The translations under genes were made by a program, and so were the position numbers. This document shows positions 48,468-60,020 of a stretch of DNA of 64,000 nucleotides, in pieces. Under the pieces are notes generated by a model. The model searched no databases. It was given only the letters and a program-made list of their open reading frames with translations, and was not told where the DNA came from. This DNA is from Fidelibacterota bacterium (GTDB lineage Bacteria; Fidelibacterota; Marinisomatia; Marinisomatales; TCS55), in assembly GCA_046861385.1 (NCBI GenBank), contig JBHHTW010000001.1, positions 32,001-96,000 on the forward strand, written 5' to 3'. Position 1 is the stretch's first letter. Each line of letters begins with the position of its first letter.

Positions 48468-49003
48468 AAAAATATGACACTATTTTTCTTGATCGTGATG
48501 GAACCTTAAACCCTGACCCAGGCTATATTAATGATATCACCCATTATCATTTTTATCCGTTTACGATCGAAGCCTTAAAGAAATTGGCACATGTATGCGA
48601 TAGATTTTGTATTATTACAAATCAGTCAGGCATTGGAAGAGGATTGGTTAAGCAGGAAAACCTGAATGAAATTCATGAATATATTAGATCTGAACTTAAA
48701 ATTCACCAAATTAAACTTTTAGATATCTTTGTTTGTCCCGATCATCCTGATCATGCAACGATAGATCGTAAACCGGAAACAGGAATGTTTATAAAAGCTT
48801 CAAAAAAATATAAGATTGACCTAAAAAGATCAATGATGATTGGTGATGCTGGATCGGATATTGAAGCCGGTGCTAAATTACAGATGGATACGATGTTGGT
48901 CTTAACAGGAAAAGGTCCTGAAACGGTTGAAAATCTAATAGAGATTAAACCATCTATAATTGTTGAAAATTTAATGGTCGGAGCTGAATTAATCGCATCA
49001 TGA
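48464..49003 (+). CDS. gmhB: HAD-IIIA phosphatase, GmhB-like
   Basis: FLDRDGT, TNQSGIGRG, CP.HP....RKP..GM, GD..SD. Confidence 0.75.
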   Translation: MKKYDTIFLDRDGTLNPDPGYINDITHYHFYPFTIEALKKLAHVCDRFCIITNQSGIGRGLVKQENLNEIHEYIRSELKIHQIKLLDIFVCPDHPDHATIDRKPETGMFIKASKKYKIDLKRSMMIGDAGSDIEAGAKLQMDTMLVLTGKGPETVENLIEIKPSIIVENLMVGAELIAS

Positions 49004-49899
49004 ACACAAGTATTGCCGTATTAATGGGGGGGGCTTCCTCAGAGCGGGATGTATCTTTGCAATCCGGGAAAGCCATTCAAGGTGCTTGTGAAAATCTTGG
49101 ATATGACACAACGCCTATTATATTTAATACAAATATTATTGATTATTTAGATAAGTTACTGAATGTTGATTTGGTTCTAATCGCTCTACACGGGGGATTG
49201 GGAGAAAATGGCCGCATTCAGGGGTTATTTGAAAGCCTTGGAATTCGTTTTACAGGTTCTGATGCATTATCATCGGCATTATGTATGGATAAACATATCA
49301 GTAAATTGCTTGTAGAAGATGTTGGTATATCAACACCAAAATGGGTAAGAATACGAAAAAACGAATCGTACAACACATCCATCATTAAATATCCATGTGT
49401 AGTCAAACCAAATAGCGAAGGCAGTACCATTGGACTAACAATTGTGGATCATGCAAATCAATTGGAAGAAGCCATCAGCGCTGCTCATGTTTATGATAAT
49501 GAAATAATAATTGAGGATTATATTGGTGGGAAAGAGTTGACAGTTTCAGTCCTAGATGATGAAATTTTACCAATAGTTGAAATACGGCCATCGCATCTAT
49601 TTTATGACTATGAATGTAAATATTCAAAAGGAATGACTGAGTATTATTGTCCGGCAGAATTGGATGAGGGTTTGTCTGATAAAATAAAAGAAACAACAAT
49701 AAAAATTTACAAACTGTTAAAATGCCGTCATTACGGAAGAGTCGATTTTCGATTGGATAATAATAATAAATTTTGGTTTCTGGAGGTGAATACATTACCC
49801 GGTATGACTGAAACCAGTTTGGTGCCAAAAGCAGCTAAAGCAGCCGGAATCACTTTTGATAAATTGATACATAATATAATCAAACAAGCGTTGAACTGA
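49000..49899 (+). CDS. ddl: D-alanine--D-alanine ligase
   Basis: GG.SSERDVSL.SG, LHG..GE.G, MDK, KP..EGS, EVNTLPGMT. Confidence 0.95.
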   Translation: MNTSIAVLMGGASSERDVSLQSGKAIQGACENLGYDTTPIIFNTNIIDYLDKLLNVDLVLIALHGGLGENGRIQGLFESLGIRFTGSDALSSALCMDKHISKLLVEDVGISTPKWVRIRKNESYNTSIIKYPCVVKPNSEGSTIGLTIVDHANQLEEAISAAHVYDNEIIIEDYIGGKELTVSVLDDEILPIVEIRPSHLFYDYECKYSKGMTEYYCPAELDEGLSDKIKETTIKIYKLLKCRHYGRVDFRLDNNNKFWFLEVNTLPGMTETSLVPKAAKAAGITFDKLIHNIIKQALN

Positions 49900-49901
49900 A
49901 A

Positions 49902-51278
49902 ATGGATATCCAATTCTACAACACTATGACAGGAAAAAAGGAAAAATTTATTCCTCTGAAGGAGGGAAAGGTTTCATTATATACTTGCGGACCGACGGTT
50001 TACAATCATGCCCACATTGGAAATTTCCGAACCTTCCTTTTCGAAGACGTATTAAAGCGGTTTCTCATATTATCGGGTTATGACGTTCGTCACGTCATGA
50101 ACATTACTGATGTCGATGATAAGACTATCAATAAATCTATTAAGGAAAATATTACCCTTAGGGATTTGACAGATAAATACACGAAATATTTTATGGAAGA
50201 TTTTGAGACAATTAAAAATCTTCCCGCTGATTATTTTCCAAAGGCGACGGATCATGTAAAGGATATGATAGATATGATCCAATCCCTTATTAATAAAAGC
50301 CATGCGTATGTTGCGGATGATGGATCTGTTTATTTCTCGATAAAAACGTTTAAAGATTATGGGAAGATGTCAAATTTAGATTATGATAACCAATTTCAAA
50401 CCGATCGTGTTACTTCTGATGAATATTCTAAGGATAATCCGCAAGACTTTGCTTTGTGGAAATCGTGGAAAGAAGATGATGGAGATATTTTTTGGGATTC
50501 ACCCTGGGGTAAAGGTCGACCGGGGTGGCACATAGAATGTTCAGCAATGTCTACAAAATATCTTGGAAGCCATTTTGATATTCATTGTGGAGGAGTGGAC
50601 AATATTTTTCCTCACCACGAAAATGAAATTGCCCAAAGCCGTTGTTCATTAGAATCGCCTTTTGTTAATGTTTGGATGCATAGTGAGCATCTAAACCTGG
50701 AAGATGAAAAAATGAGTAAAAATTTAGGGAATGTAATATCAATACCCTCTTTGATTGAAAAAGGCCATACACCCGAAGCCATTCGGTTTGCACTAATTAG
50801 TAGTCATTATCGGTCGAAAGTAACATTTTCAGAATCAAAATTAATTGAATCAAAGAAAGCGGTTCATCGAATTAATGATGTCTATAATCGTTTAAAAAAT
50901 ATTCAAAAAACGAAACAATCTATTTCAAAACCATATAACGAATTTCTTGCAGCCTTAAGCGATGATTTGAATACGCCAAGAGCCCTTGGAATTCTTTTTT
51001 CATATATTAAAGATATAAACCGCTCACTTGATGAAAATGCACTTTCAAATGATCGTATTGCGAAAAGTATTTATTTTATAGAGTCCGCTGATAAAATATT
51101 TTCGTTTTTGACCCATGCAGACAAAATTCCGGAAGACATATCAAAATTAATGATGGAAAGGGAAGAAGCACGGAAGAATAGAGATTGGAAATTATCGGAT
51201 CAGATACGTCTTGAAATCGAAACAAAAGGATGGATTATAGAAGATAGACCCGACGGAAGCAGGTGTTTTAAAGCTTAA
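49902..51278 (+). CDS. cysS: Cysteine--tRNA ligase
   Basis: CGPTVY..AHIGN, GRPGWHIECS, FPHHENE, KMSK. Confidence 0.97.
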   Translation: MDIQFYNTMTGKKEKFIPLKEGKVSLYTCGPTVYNHAHIGNFRTFLFEDVLKRFLILSGYDVRHVMNITDVDDKTINKSIKENITLRDLTDKYTKYFMEDFETIKNLPADYFPKATDHVKDMIDMIQSLINKSHAYVADDGSVYFSIKTFKDYGKMSNLDYDNQFQTDRVTSDEYSKDNPQDFALWKSWKEDDGDIFWDSPWGKGRPGWHIECSAMSTKYLGSHFDIHCGGVDNIFPHHENEIAQSRCSLESPFVNVWMHSEHLNLEDEKMSKNLGNVISIPSLIEKGHTPEAIRFALISSHYRSKVTFSESKLIESKKAVHRINDVYNRLKNIQKTKQSISKPYNEFLAALSDDLNTPRALGILFSYIKDINRSLDENALSNDRIAKSIYFIESADKIFSFLTHADKIPEDISKLMMEREEARKNRDWKLSDQIRLEIETKGWIIEDRPDGSRCFKA

Positions 51279-51467
51279 TCAAAACAGGTCTCTACAATAA
51301 TAGTATAAATTATTTATTTATTATGTAATTCTTTATTGCGGCTTATTTAATTTTATAATTAATTTTGGAGGCTTTACATTACCTGGAATTCGAATATTTA
51401 ATTTCCAAATATTATCGACGACCAGATGGAGTCGAATCGATTGATTCGAAAAATTAAAACCCGACTT

Positions 51468-51540
51468 GCCACCGTAGCTCAGTTGGTAGAGCAACTGATT
51501 TGTAATCAGTCGGTCGGGGGTTCGAGTCCCTTCGGTGGCT
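51468..51540 (+). tRNA. tRNA-Thr (TGT)
   Basis: Cloverleaf; anticodon arm ctgat-ttgtaa-tcag; GGTTCGAGTCC. Confidence 0.95.
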
Positions 51541-51572
51541 CACGCTTTTTAATAATGTGAAATAGTCTGTTG

Positions 51573-51655
51573 GGGGAGATGGCCGAGCGGTCAATGGCAG
51601 CAGACTGTAAATCTGCCGGCGTACGCCTACGGAGGTTCGAATCCTCCTCTCCCCA
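51573..51655 (+). tRNA. tRNA-Tyr (GTA)
   Basis: gcaga-ctGTAaa-tctgc, long variable arm, GGTTCGAATCC. Confidence 0.95.
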
Positions 51656-51664
51656 CAACATTAT

Positions 51665-51737
51665 GCGGGTGTAGCTCAGTTGGTAGAGCATCAGCCTTCC
51701 AAGCTGAGGGTCGAGAGTTCGAATCTCTTCGCCCGCT
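51665..51737 (+). tRNA. tRNA-Gly (TCC)
   Basis: tcagc-ctTCCaa-gctga; GTTCGAATC. Confidence 0.95.
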
Positions 51738-51781
51738 CATACTGGATGAGAAGTCTGTTGTGAGCACTTGGCAAGTTTTAT

Positions 51782-51854
<73 letters not shown>

Positions 51855-51901
51855 CAATGTAAAGCGGTAATTGAATAATTAAACACTAAGGAGATCGAGA
51901 G

Positions 51902-53092
51902 ATGTCTAAGGCAAAATTCGAGCGAACAAAACCACATGTAAATATAGGAACGATCGGTCACGTCGATCATGGCAAGACGACGTTGACGGCTGCGATCACT
52001 CTGGTACAGTCGGCCAGGGGAATGGCAGAGACACGTTCATTTGATAGTATAGATAACGCTCCGGAAGAGCGTGAGCGAGGGATCACCATTCAGACAGCTC
52101 ATGTGGAGTATGAGACGGAAAAGCGTCATTATGCACATGTAGACTGTCCGGGTCACGCGGATTACATTAAGAATATGATCACCGGAGCCGCGCAGATGGA
52201 TGGGGCGATATTGGTTGTGAGCGCAGCGGATGGTCCGATGCCTCAGACGCGAGAGCATGTATTATTGGCTCGTCAGGTAAATGTGCCCAGTTTGGTAATA
52301 TTTATGAATAAGACAGATCAGGTAGATGATCCTGAGTTATTAGAGTTAGTGGAGATGGAATTGAGGGATTTATTGAATGAGTATGAGTTTCCCGGTGATG
52401 ATACGCCGATAATAATGGGAAGCGCACTGAACGCATTGAGTAATCCAGGAGATGAAGAAGCGAATAAATGTGTTGTTGAGTTGATGGAAGCCTGTGATAG
52501 TTTTATACCGGATCCTACCCGAGACGTAGACAGGCCCTTTTTAATGCCGGTGGAGGATGTATTTTCCATCACAGGTCGGGGTACGGTAGGGACTGGACGA
52601 ATTGAGCGAGGGATCGTAAAGGTAGGAGATGTAGTGGAAATGATAGGAATGGGTGAGCATAAGAAGACCACAGTGACGGGAGTAGAGATGTTCAGGAAGT
52701 TGTTAGATGAAGGTCAGGCGGGAGATAATGCAGGTTTATTGCTTCGAGGAGTTGATAAGGAAGAGTTGAAGCGCGGGATGGTATTGGCAGCTCCGGGTTC
52801 CATTACACCTCATACAAAGTTTAAGGCGAATGTATATGTATTGAAGAAGGAAGAAGGTGGTCGTCACACGCCATTTTTCAATGGATATCGTCCGCAGTTT
52901 TATTTTAGGACCACGGATGTAACGGGAGTGGTGACGCTGCCGGCAGGAACAGAGATGGTTATGCCGGGAGACAATATTGTGATGGATGTGGAGATGATTA
53001 CTTCGATAGCGATGGATAAGGAGCTGCGTTTTGCAATTCGCGAAGGCGGCCGGACTGTAGGTGCTGGAGTTGTAACGGAGATTGTTGAGTAA
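51902..53092 (+). CDS. tuf: Elongation factor Tu
   Basis: [31 protein letters not shown]. Confidence 0.99.
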   Translation: MSKAKFERTKPHVNIGTIGHVDHGKTTLTAAITLVQSARGMAETRSFDSIDNAPEERERGITIQTAHVEYETEKRHYAHVDCPGHADYIKNMITGAAQMDGAILVVSAADGPMPQTREHVLLARQVNVPSLVIFMNKTDQVDDPELLELVEMELRDLLNEYEFPGDDTPIIMGSALNALSNPGDEEANKCVVELMEACDSFIPDPTRDVDRPFLMPVEDVFSITGRGTVGTGRIERGIVKVGDVVEMIGMGEHKKTTVTGVEMFRKLLDEGQAGDNAGLLLRGVDKEELKRGMVLAAPGSITPHTKFKANVYVLKKEEGGRHTPFFNGYRPQFYFRTTDVTGVVTLPAGTEMVMPGDNIVMDVEMITSIAMDKELRFAIREGGRTVGAGVVTEIVE

Positions 53093-53095
53093 GTC

Positions 53096-53260
53096 ATGGC
53101 TGGTAACAGTAAGAGAGACATAATACAAATTGAAAGTACTGCTGGTACCGGATACCGCTATACGGTGACGAAAAGCAGGCGCTTGCATCCGGATCGTGTG
53201 GAATATAAAAAATATGATCCGATTGTTCGCAAGCATGTTGTTTTTAAAGAAACAAAATAA
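53096..53260 (+). CDS. rpmG: 50S ribosomal protein L33 (Cys-free type; absent from the ORF track)
   Basis: [54 protein letters not shown]. Confidence 0.93.
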   Translation: MAGNSKRDIIQIESTAGTGYRYTVTKSRRLHPDRVEYKKYDPIVRKHVVFKETK

Positions 53261-53298
53261 CTGACACGGCGCTAGTGAAACATTTAATTACTCAGAAT

Positions 53299-53374
53299 AG
53301 GAGTGTAGCTCAATTGGTAGAGCACCGGTCTCCAAAACCGGGGGTTGAGGGTTCAATTCCTTCCACTCCTGCCA
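53299..53374 (+). tRNA. tRNA-Trp (CCA)
   Basis: ccggt-ctCCAaa-accgg; encoded 3' CCA; position before secE. Confidence 0.95.
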
Positions 53375-53404
53375 AATAGACATTGTTCTTTTAAAAAGGA
53401 ATAT

Positions 53405-53587
53405 ATGATAAAGAAAACACAAAAGTTTTTTAGTGAAGTACAGGTAGAAATGAAGAAGGTTTCCTGGCCAACATGGGATGAGTTAAAAGGCTCTACTTAT
53501 GTGGTCATTGGGCTTTCTTTGTTAATCGGTGTTTTTCTGTTTTTCATCGACATTATTCTTTCAAGAGTTATGAGTATAATCCTTTAG
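53405..53587 (+). CDS. secE: Preprotein translocase SecE
   Basis: EMKKVSWPT..EL plus one TM. Confidence 0.93.
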   Translation: MIKKTQKFFSEVQVEMKKVSWPTWDELKGSTYVVIGLSLLIGVFLFFIDIILSRVMSIIL

Positions 53588-53588
53588 T

Positions 53589-54116
53589 ATGGAATGGTAC
53601 ACGATAAGAGTGATTTCCGGAAAGGAACGGAAGATTCGAGAAAATATTTTGTATGAAGTCGAATTGGCTAATATGCAGGATGATGTACAAGAAATTTTGG
53701 TTCCTTCTGAAAATATTATTGAAATGAAAGACGGGAAAAAGAGGGTTCGTAATAAAGTTTTTTTCCCTGGATATTTATTAGTGCAAATGAATTTGAATAA
53801 AGAATCCCGTTATTTGATTGAAAATACGACAGGTGTAATGAATTATGTCGGTCCGCACAATGAGCCGGAACCTGTTAAGTCAGAAGAGATTAATCGTATT
53901 ATTGGTGTTGTAGAAAGTGGAGAAGCCAGAGAATTAAATAAAACGCCTTATCGGGTTGGAGATCATGTTAAAGTGACGGATGGTCCTTTTATGGATTTTT
54001 CGGGTTTTGTACAGGAAATCAACGAGGATAAGCAGAAATTAAAGGTGTCAGTAAGTATTTTTGGTCGCCCAACTCCTGTAGAGTTGAATTATTTACAAAT
54101 TGAACTTGAAAAATAG
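53589..54116 (+). CDS. nusG: Transcription factor NusG
   Basis: WY....SG.E, FFPGYLLV, KOW DGPF.DF.G, IFGRPTPVEL. Confidence 0.97.
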   Translation: MEWYTIRVISGKERKIRENILYEVELANMQDDVQEILVPSENIIEMKDGKKRVRNKVFFPGYLLVQMNLNKESRYLIENTTGVMNYVGPHNEPEPVKSEEINRIIGVVESGEARELNKTPYRVGDHVKVTDGPFMDFSGFVQEINEDKQKLKVSVSIFGRPTPVELNYLQIELEK

Positions 54117-54129
54117 GTATTAACTCAAA

Positions 54130-54549
54130 ATGGCAAAAAAAGAAATAGGATTTATTAAATTACAAATACCAGCCGGTCAAGCAAATCCTGCGCCACCAGT
54201 TGGACCTGCTTTGGGTCAGCATGGTGTAAATATTATGGAATTTTGCAATGCATTTAACGCAGCAACTAAAGAACAAATGGGGACGATTATTCCGGTTGAA
54301 ATTACTGTCTTTGTCGATCGAAGTTTTTCATTTATTACCAAAACTCCTCCGGCTGCAGTGTTGCTAAAGAAATCAGCAAATATTCAAAAAGGTTCCAGTG
54401 AACCAAACCGTGATAAGGTCGGTAAAGTGACCGAACAAGATTTAAGAGAAATTGCTGAAATTAAAATGCCGGATCTCAATGCCAATACGATTGAGCAGGC
54501 AGTAGAAATGATTAGAGGAACAGCAAGAAGCATGGGGCTTGAGGTTTAA
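54130..54549 (+). CDS. rplK: 50S ribosomal protein L11
   Basis: [26 protein letters not shown]. Confidence 0.98.
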   Translation: MAKKEIGFIKLQIPAGQANPAPPVGPALGQHGVNIMEFCNAFNAATKEQMGTIIPVEITVFVDRSFSFITKTPPAAVLLKKSANIQKGSSEPNRDKVGKVTEQDLREIAEIKMPDLNANTIEQAVEMIRGTARSMGLEV

Positions 54550-54551
54550 GT

Positions 54552-55244
54552 ATGATGAAAATTTCAAAACAAAAACGTGTAGCTTTGGAACGCATTGATC
54601 GTACAAAAGAATATTCCATTGATGATGCGCTGGCTTTGGTGAACGAATTAGCGCAGGTAAAATTTGATGAAACCATTGATGTTTCAATGAACTTAGGTGT
54701 TGACCCAAGACACGCCGAGGAAAATATTCGTGTCACAACGAGTCTTCCCCATGGTACCGGTAAGGATGTAAGGGTATTGGTACTCACCCGCGGTCCAAAA
54801 GAAAAAGAGGCTCATGAAGCAGGCGCTGATTTTGTTGGAAATGATGATTTTATAGAAAAAATTAAAGGCGGCTGGTCAAATATTGACAAAATTATTGCCA
54901 CCCCAGACATGATGGCTGGACTTGGAAAGTTGGGAAAAATTTTAGGACCCAAAGGTCTAATGCCAAACCCCAAAAGCGGTACGGTAACAATGGATGTTGG
55001 AAAAGCCGTAAAAGAAATAAAAACTGGTAAAGTTGAATTACGTGTAGAAAAAAATGGAATTATTCATACAGTGTGTGGCAAGGCATCTTTCGATAAAGAA
55101 AAATTAAAAGAAAATATAAAAGCGATTTATGACACCGTAATTAAAGAGAAGCCTGCATCCGTCAAGGGAACATATTTCAAAAAAATGACTATCTCATCGA
55201 CTATGGGTCCGGGTATTAAAGTCGATATAACAACGTTAAGGTAG
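54552..55244 (+). CDS. rplA: 50S ribosomal protein L1
   Basis: [33 protein letters not shown]. Confidence 0.98.
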   Translation: MMKISKQKRVALERIDRTKEYSIDDALALVNELAQVKFDETIDVSMNLGVDPRHAEENIRVTTSLPHGTGKDVRVLVLTRGPKEKEAHEAGADFVGNDDFIEKIKGGWSNIDKIIATPDMMAGLGKLGKILGPKGLMPNPKSGTVTMDVGKAVKEIKTGKVELRVEKNGIIHTVCGKASFDKEKLKENIKAIYDTVIKEKPASVKGTYFKKMTISSTMGPGIKVDITTLR

Positions 55245-55248
55245 AAAG

Positions 55249-55767
55249 ATGCCAAATTCAAAAAATATTGAATCACTAAAAATACTCAAGGATAAACTTG
55301 GTCGTGCAAAGGCGATATATTTTACAGATTATCAGGGATTAGATGTATCCAGTATTACTGACTTAAGAGGTCAATTTTTTAAGGCAGATGTGGAATATAC
55401 AGTCGCTAAAAACACAATTATTAAAATTGCTGCTGAAGAAAATAAAATTGAAGGTCTCAATGAAGTATTAGCTGGCCCAACGGCCCTCGCAATTTCATAT
55501 GATGAGCCCACCAGTCCAGCAAAGGTGATTAAGTTATTTGCAAAGAAACATGATAAGCCGGACGTAAAAGGAATTCTGTTTGAAGGAGCTATCCTTCCTG
55601 GGGATGAATTTAAACGAATTGCCAATTTACCAAGTAAACCAGAATTATTATCACAGCTTGCTTCAATGCTGCAAAGTCCTATGACCAAATTGGTTGGAAC
55701 TTTGAATGCGCCGATGCTGAATATCGTCAATGTGTTAAAAAGTCTAAATGAACAAAAATCTGAGTAA
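55249..55767 (+). CDS. rplJ: 50S ribosomal protein L10
   Basis: DYQGL.V, LR, VAKNT, GPT, LPSK. Confidence 0.95.
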   Translation: MPNSKNIESLKILKDKLGRAKAIYFTDYQGLDVSSITDLRGQFFKADVEYTVAKNTIIKIAAEENKIEGLNEVLAGPTALAISYDEPTSPAKVIKLFAKKHDKPDVKGILFEGAILPGDEFKRIANLPSKPELLSQLASMLQSPMTKLVGTLNAPMLNIVNVLKSLNEQKSE

Positions 55768-55789
55768 TAAATAAAAGGAGTGAAACAAC

Positions 55790-56170
55790 ATGGCTGAAGT
55801 TAAAAGAGCCGATGTGCTAAATTACCTTGAATCTGCAAACATGATGGAAATTTCTGATCTGATATCAGAAATAGAAGAGAAGTTTGGTGTGACCGCTGCT
55901 GCTCCAGTAGCTATTGCGGCTGCGCCTGCAGCCGGTGATGGTGAAGCCGCAGAAGTAAAAGATTCTTTCGATGTCGTTATTACCGAAGTAGGACAATCTA
56001 AGATTAGTGTTATTAAAGTTGTCCGAGCTGTTACAGATCTCGGTTTAAAAGAAGCCAAAGAATTGGTTGATTCTGCCCCAAAGGCAGTTAAAGAGGGTGT
56101 TGCGCAAGCTGAAGCTGATGAATTAAAAGCGAAACTTGAAGAAGCCGGCGCAACTATCGAGTTGAAATAA
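55790..56170 (+). CDS. rplL: 50S ribosomal protein L7/L12
   Basis: [29 protein letters not shown]. Confidence 0.98.
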   Translation: MAEVKRADVLNYLESANMMEISDLISEIEEKFGVTAAAPVAIAAAPAAGDGEAAEVKDSFDVVITEVGQSKISVIKVVRAVTDLGLKEAKELVDSAPKAVKEGVAQAEADELKAKLEEAGATIELK

Positions 56171-56229
56171 ATTATCTTATACGATAATCTATTCACATCG
56201 TGTTTTCAACCGTAACAAAGGAGGCTTAA

Positions 56230-59200
56230 TTGGGAGCCACGCATAAAAGTACGTCCAGTAGAAAATCATTCTCTAAAATATCATCTGTTGTGGATATGCC
56301 GGATCTTCTGGCGCTGCAAAAAGATTCATTTCAGGAATTCTTACAAGAAAATGTTCCCGAAGATGAACGCTTGCCCATCGGGCTAGAAGGTGTTTTTCGA
56401 AATGTTTTTCCTTTAGAAGATACCCATCGAAACTATGTTCTGGAATTCAGTAATTATTTTCTTGGTTTACCGAAGTATACGCCAGGTGAATGCATTGACA
56501 GAGGAGTAACATATTCCCTTCCTTTAAAGGTTCGATTAGTTCTGCATATAACAGACGAAGAGGATAAAAATAAGTTTGCACAATCCATTGAACAGGAAGT
56601 GTATTTTGGGAATATCCCTTACATGACGGATAAAGGTACATTCGTTATTAATGGGGCTGAGCGAGTGATTGTTTCACAGTTACAGCGGTCGCCCGGTGTT
56701 TTCTTTGATGAAAGTATTCATCCAAATGGAACGAAATTGTTTCAAGCGCGGATTATTCCCTTTAGAGGATCGTGGGTAGATTTTACAACCGATATAAATG
56801 ATTGTCTTTTTGCAATTATTGACCGCCGTAGAAAGTTTCCGGTTACGATGCTTTTACGTGCATTGGGTTTTTCAACTAATAAAGACATTTATGAAGCATT
56901 CGGGTCGATCAAAACGTTTGGTCTTTCAGATAAGAATATTGATGACGCTTTAGGATTTACGCTTGTAGAGGACATGGTTGATGAGCTGACTGGTGAAATT
57001 TTTTATGAAGGCGGCGTTGAAGTCACCGCAGAAGTTGTGGATACGTTAAAAGAAGCCGGTATTAAATCCATTAACGTTGTGGATGGTAATAAGAGCTTCG
57101 CCTCTATGCTGTTGATGAATACAATGCAGAAAGACCCGACACGAAATACAGAACAAGCCTTGAGTGTTTTATACCAATTATTACGTTCAGGGGATCCTCC
57201 AAATCTTGAAACAGCTCAAAAATTTATAGAGCGAATATTTTTCAGTCCCAAAAAATATGATTTGGGTCAAGTCGGACGATACCGCTTAAACCAACAGTTT
57301 GATCTGAATGTTCCGGTTGAAAACACTGTTTTGACTATGGATGACATTATTCAGGTGTTGTTATTTCTCATTGAAATGCGTAAAGGCGAACGTGGGCCTG
57401 ATGATATTGATCATTTGGGCAATCGTCGTGTCAAAACTATCGGAGAACAGCTCACAAATCAATTCAGCGTCGCATTAAGTCGAATGTTGCGTACCATCTT
57501 CGAGCGTATGAATCTTAGAGAACAGGAATCAATCACTCCTCAAGATTTAATAAACTCTCGCGTAGTTACTACGGTAATTAATACTTTCTTCGGAACGAGT
57601 CAATTGTCTCAATTCGGTGATCAAACTAATCCCTTAGCGGAAATAACACATAAACGTCGTATTTCATCTCTTGGCCCCGGTGGTTTGACAAGAGAAAGAG
57701 CAGGTTTTGAAGTCCGAGATGTACACTATACTCATTATGGTCGTTTGTGTCCCATCGAAACACCTGAAGGTCCAAATATTGGATTAATATCTTCGCTGGC
57801 ATTATTTGCAATCGTAAATAACCATGGATTTATTGAAGCTCCATACCGGTTTCTAAAAAAACAAGGTAAAAATTCAATTGCGACTAATAAAGTAAAATAC
57901 TTATCAGCTGATGATGAAGATCGCGTTATGGTTGCTCAGGCCAATGCCAAAATGGATAAGAATAATCGTTTGACAGACGACGTTATCCGCGGTCGGATTC
58001 GAGGTGATTTTCCGATGGTTGAACCTGGCGAAGTGGATTATATGGATGTTTCACCAAACCAGATTTTAAGTGTCGCAGCTGCTTTAATTCCATTTTTAGA
58101 ACATGATGATGCTAACCGGGCACTAATGGGGTCTAACATGCAACGGCAATCTGTACCATTGATGAAGCCGACAGCTCCGATTGTTGGAACAGGTTTGGAA
58201 AGTAAAGTTGCAAGAGATTCCAGAACTTGCATATCATCACCAGTGGATGGAGTTGTTGAATATGTAGATTCTGAGAAAATCATCATCAGATCCACTGAGG
58301 TTCCTGATGAATTGGCATTGACTGAACATACCAATTTAATTGAAGTCAAATTGCATAAATATCATAGAACAAACCAAAATACCTGCCATAATCAAAGACC
58401 GCTTGTATCTGTCAATCAGAAAATTAAAATGGGTGATGTAATTGCAGATGGGGCATCCAGTAATGGCGGTGAATTGGCTCTTGGCCAAAATGTCACAGTT
58501 GCTTTTATGCCATGGCGCGGCTATAATTTTGAAGATGCAATTGTTATCAGTGAACGCTTGGTTAAGGATGATATATATACGAGTATTCACGTAAATGAAA
58601 TTGAACTGGAGGTTCGTGACACAAAAAGAGGTGAAGAAGAATTAACAGCAGAAATTCCGAATGTAAGTGAAGATGCAACACGAGAACTTGATGAACGGGG
58701 GATCGTTCGTATTGGTGCTAAAGTAAAACCGGGAGACATTTTAATTGGAAAAGTCACTCCTAAAGGTGAGACAGATCCCACTCCTGAAGAAAAATTGCTT
58801 CGCGCTATTTTTGGCGAAAAAGCCGGCGAAGTAAAAGATGCGTCTAAGACAGCCGACCCTGGCATTAAAGGTGTTGTAATTAATACAAAGCTTTTTGAAA
58901 AGAAAAAGAAAATTTCTAAGAAAGAGCTAAAAGTATCCATCGTAGCTTTTCAAAGAGAAACAATGGCCAAGAAACAAGCCTTAAAACAGGCGAGAGATGA
59001 GAAATTAGTTGTTTTACTCAAAGGGCAAATTTCAAAAGGTATTCGGGATCGCGCAACTGGTAAAACTCTCATTAAAAAATCGACTAAACTTACTATTAAA
59101 CGTATTCGTTCTTTTGATTTAGAGAGATTTGCTCAAGATTCAGCTTGGGTTGAAGATGCAGATACTTGGAAAAAAATTAAAACCGTATGGCGTTCCTATC

Positions 59201-60006
59201 GAAAAGAATGGCAATCCATTGAGGATTATCTTGAGAGAGAAGTTTTTAAGCTTCGAGTAGGAGATGAGCTTCAACCCGGTATTCTACAATTGGCAAAAGT
59301 CTATGTTACCAGTAAACGTAAAATCCAAGTAGGAGATAAAATGGCTGGCCGACATGGAAATAAGGGTGTTGTAGCTACAATAGTACCCGAAGAAGATATG
59401 CCATTTATGGAAGATGGAACTCCCATAGATATCGTGTTGAATCCATTAGGCGTTCCTTCTCGTATGAACCTGGGGCAATTGTATGAAACAATGCTTGGTT
59501 GGGCTGGAGATATACTTGGGAAACGATATGAAACTGCTGCGTTTGATGGAGCATCGCCAGAAGATGTGGAATCCGAATTAAAAGAGGCTAATCTACCCAC
59601 AAGTGGAAAGATAACCTTGATTGATGGTCAGACCGGTGAAAAATTTGAAAATCCTGTAACTGTTGGAATGATTTATATGATGAAATTAAGCCATATGGTT
59701 GAGGATAAAATGCATGCTCGTTCCACAGGTCCGTATTCATTAATTACCCAACAACCGTTAGGTGGAAAAGCACAATTCGGCGGTCAACGATTTGGAGAAA
59801 TGGAATGTTGGGCATTGGAGGCTTATGGGGCCGCAAGCACTTTACAAGAAATTCTGACGGTAAAATCAGACGACGTAGAAGGGCGGTCTAAAGTGTATAA
59901 CGCTATCGTTCGTGGAGATGATTTACCTGAATTTGGCTCTCCGGAATCATTTAGTGTTCTGATTAAAGAGCTCCAAGGACTTGGTTTAGATATTGAACTT
60001 GATTAA
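56230..60006 (+). CDS. rpoB: RNA polymerase beta subunit
   Basis: [44 protein letters not shown]. Confidence 0.99.
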   Translation: MGATHKSTSSRKSFSKISSVVDMPDLLALQKDSFQEFLQENVPEDERLPIGLEGVFRNVFPLEDTHRNYVLEFSNYFLGLPKYTPGECIDRGVTYSLPLKVRLVLHITDEEDKNKFAQSIEQEVYFGNIPYMTDKGTFVINGAERVIVSQLQRSPGVFFDESIHPNGTKLFQARIIPFRGSWVDFTTDINDCLFAIIDRRRKFPVTMLLRALGFSTNKDIYEAFGSIKTFGLSDKNIDDALGFTLVEDMVDELTGEIFYEGGVEVTAEVVDTLKEAGIKSINVVDGNKSFASMLLMNTMQKDPTRNTEQALSVLYQLLRSGDPPNLETAQKFIERIFFSPKKYDLGQVGRYRLNQQFDLNVPVENTVLTMDDIIQVLLFLIEMRKGERGPDDIDHLGNRRVKTIGEQLTNQFSVALSRMLRTIFERMNLREQESITPQDLINSRVVTTVINTFFGTSQLSQFGDQTNPLAEITHKRRISSLGPGGLTRERAGFEVRDVHYTHYGRLCPIETPEGPNIGLISSLALFAIVNNHGFIEAPYRFLKKQGKNSIATNKVKYLSADDEDRVMVAQANAKMDKNNRLTDDVIRGRIRGDFPMVEPGEVDYMDVSPNQILSVAAALIPFLEHDDANRALMGSNMQRQSVPLMKPTAPIVGTGLESKVARDSRTCISSPVDGVVEYVDSEKIIIRSTEVPDELALTEHTNLIEVKLHKYHRTNQNTCHNQRPLVSVNQKIKMGDVIADGASSNGGELALGQNVTVAFMPWRGYNFEDAIVISERLVKDDIYTSIHVNEIELEVRDTKRGEEELTAEIPNVSEDATRELDERGIVRIGAKVKPGDILIGKVTPKGETDPTPEEKLLRAIFGEKAGEVKDASKTADPGIKGVVINTKLFEKKKKISKKELKVSIVAFQRETMAKKQALKQARDEKLVVLLKGQISKGIRDRATGKTLIKKSTKLTIKRIRSFDLERFAQDSAWVEDADTWKKIKTVWRSYRKEWQSIEDYLEREVFKLRVGDELQPGILQLAKVYVTSKRKIQVGDKMAGRHGNKGVVATIVPEEDMPFMEDGTPIDIVLNPLGVPSRMNLGQLYETMLGWAGDILGKRYETAAFDGASPEDVESELKEANLPTSGKITLIDGQTGEKFENPVTVGMIYMMKLSHMVEDKMHARSTGPYSLITQQPLGGKAQFGGQRFGEMECWALEAYGAASTLQEILTVKSDDVEGRSKVYNAIVRGDDLPEFGSPESFSVLIKELQGLGLDIELD

Positions 60007-60020
60007 AGGGAGATAACGTT

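Noticed and set aside
51506-51691. 61-aa minus-strand ORF
   Set aside because: Antisense translation of tRNA genes.
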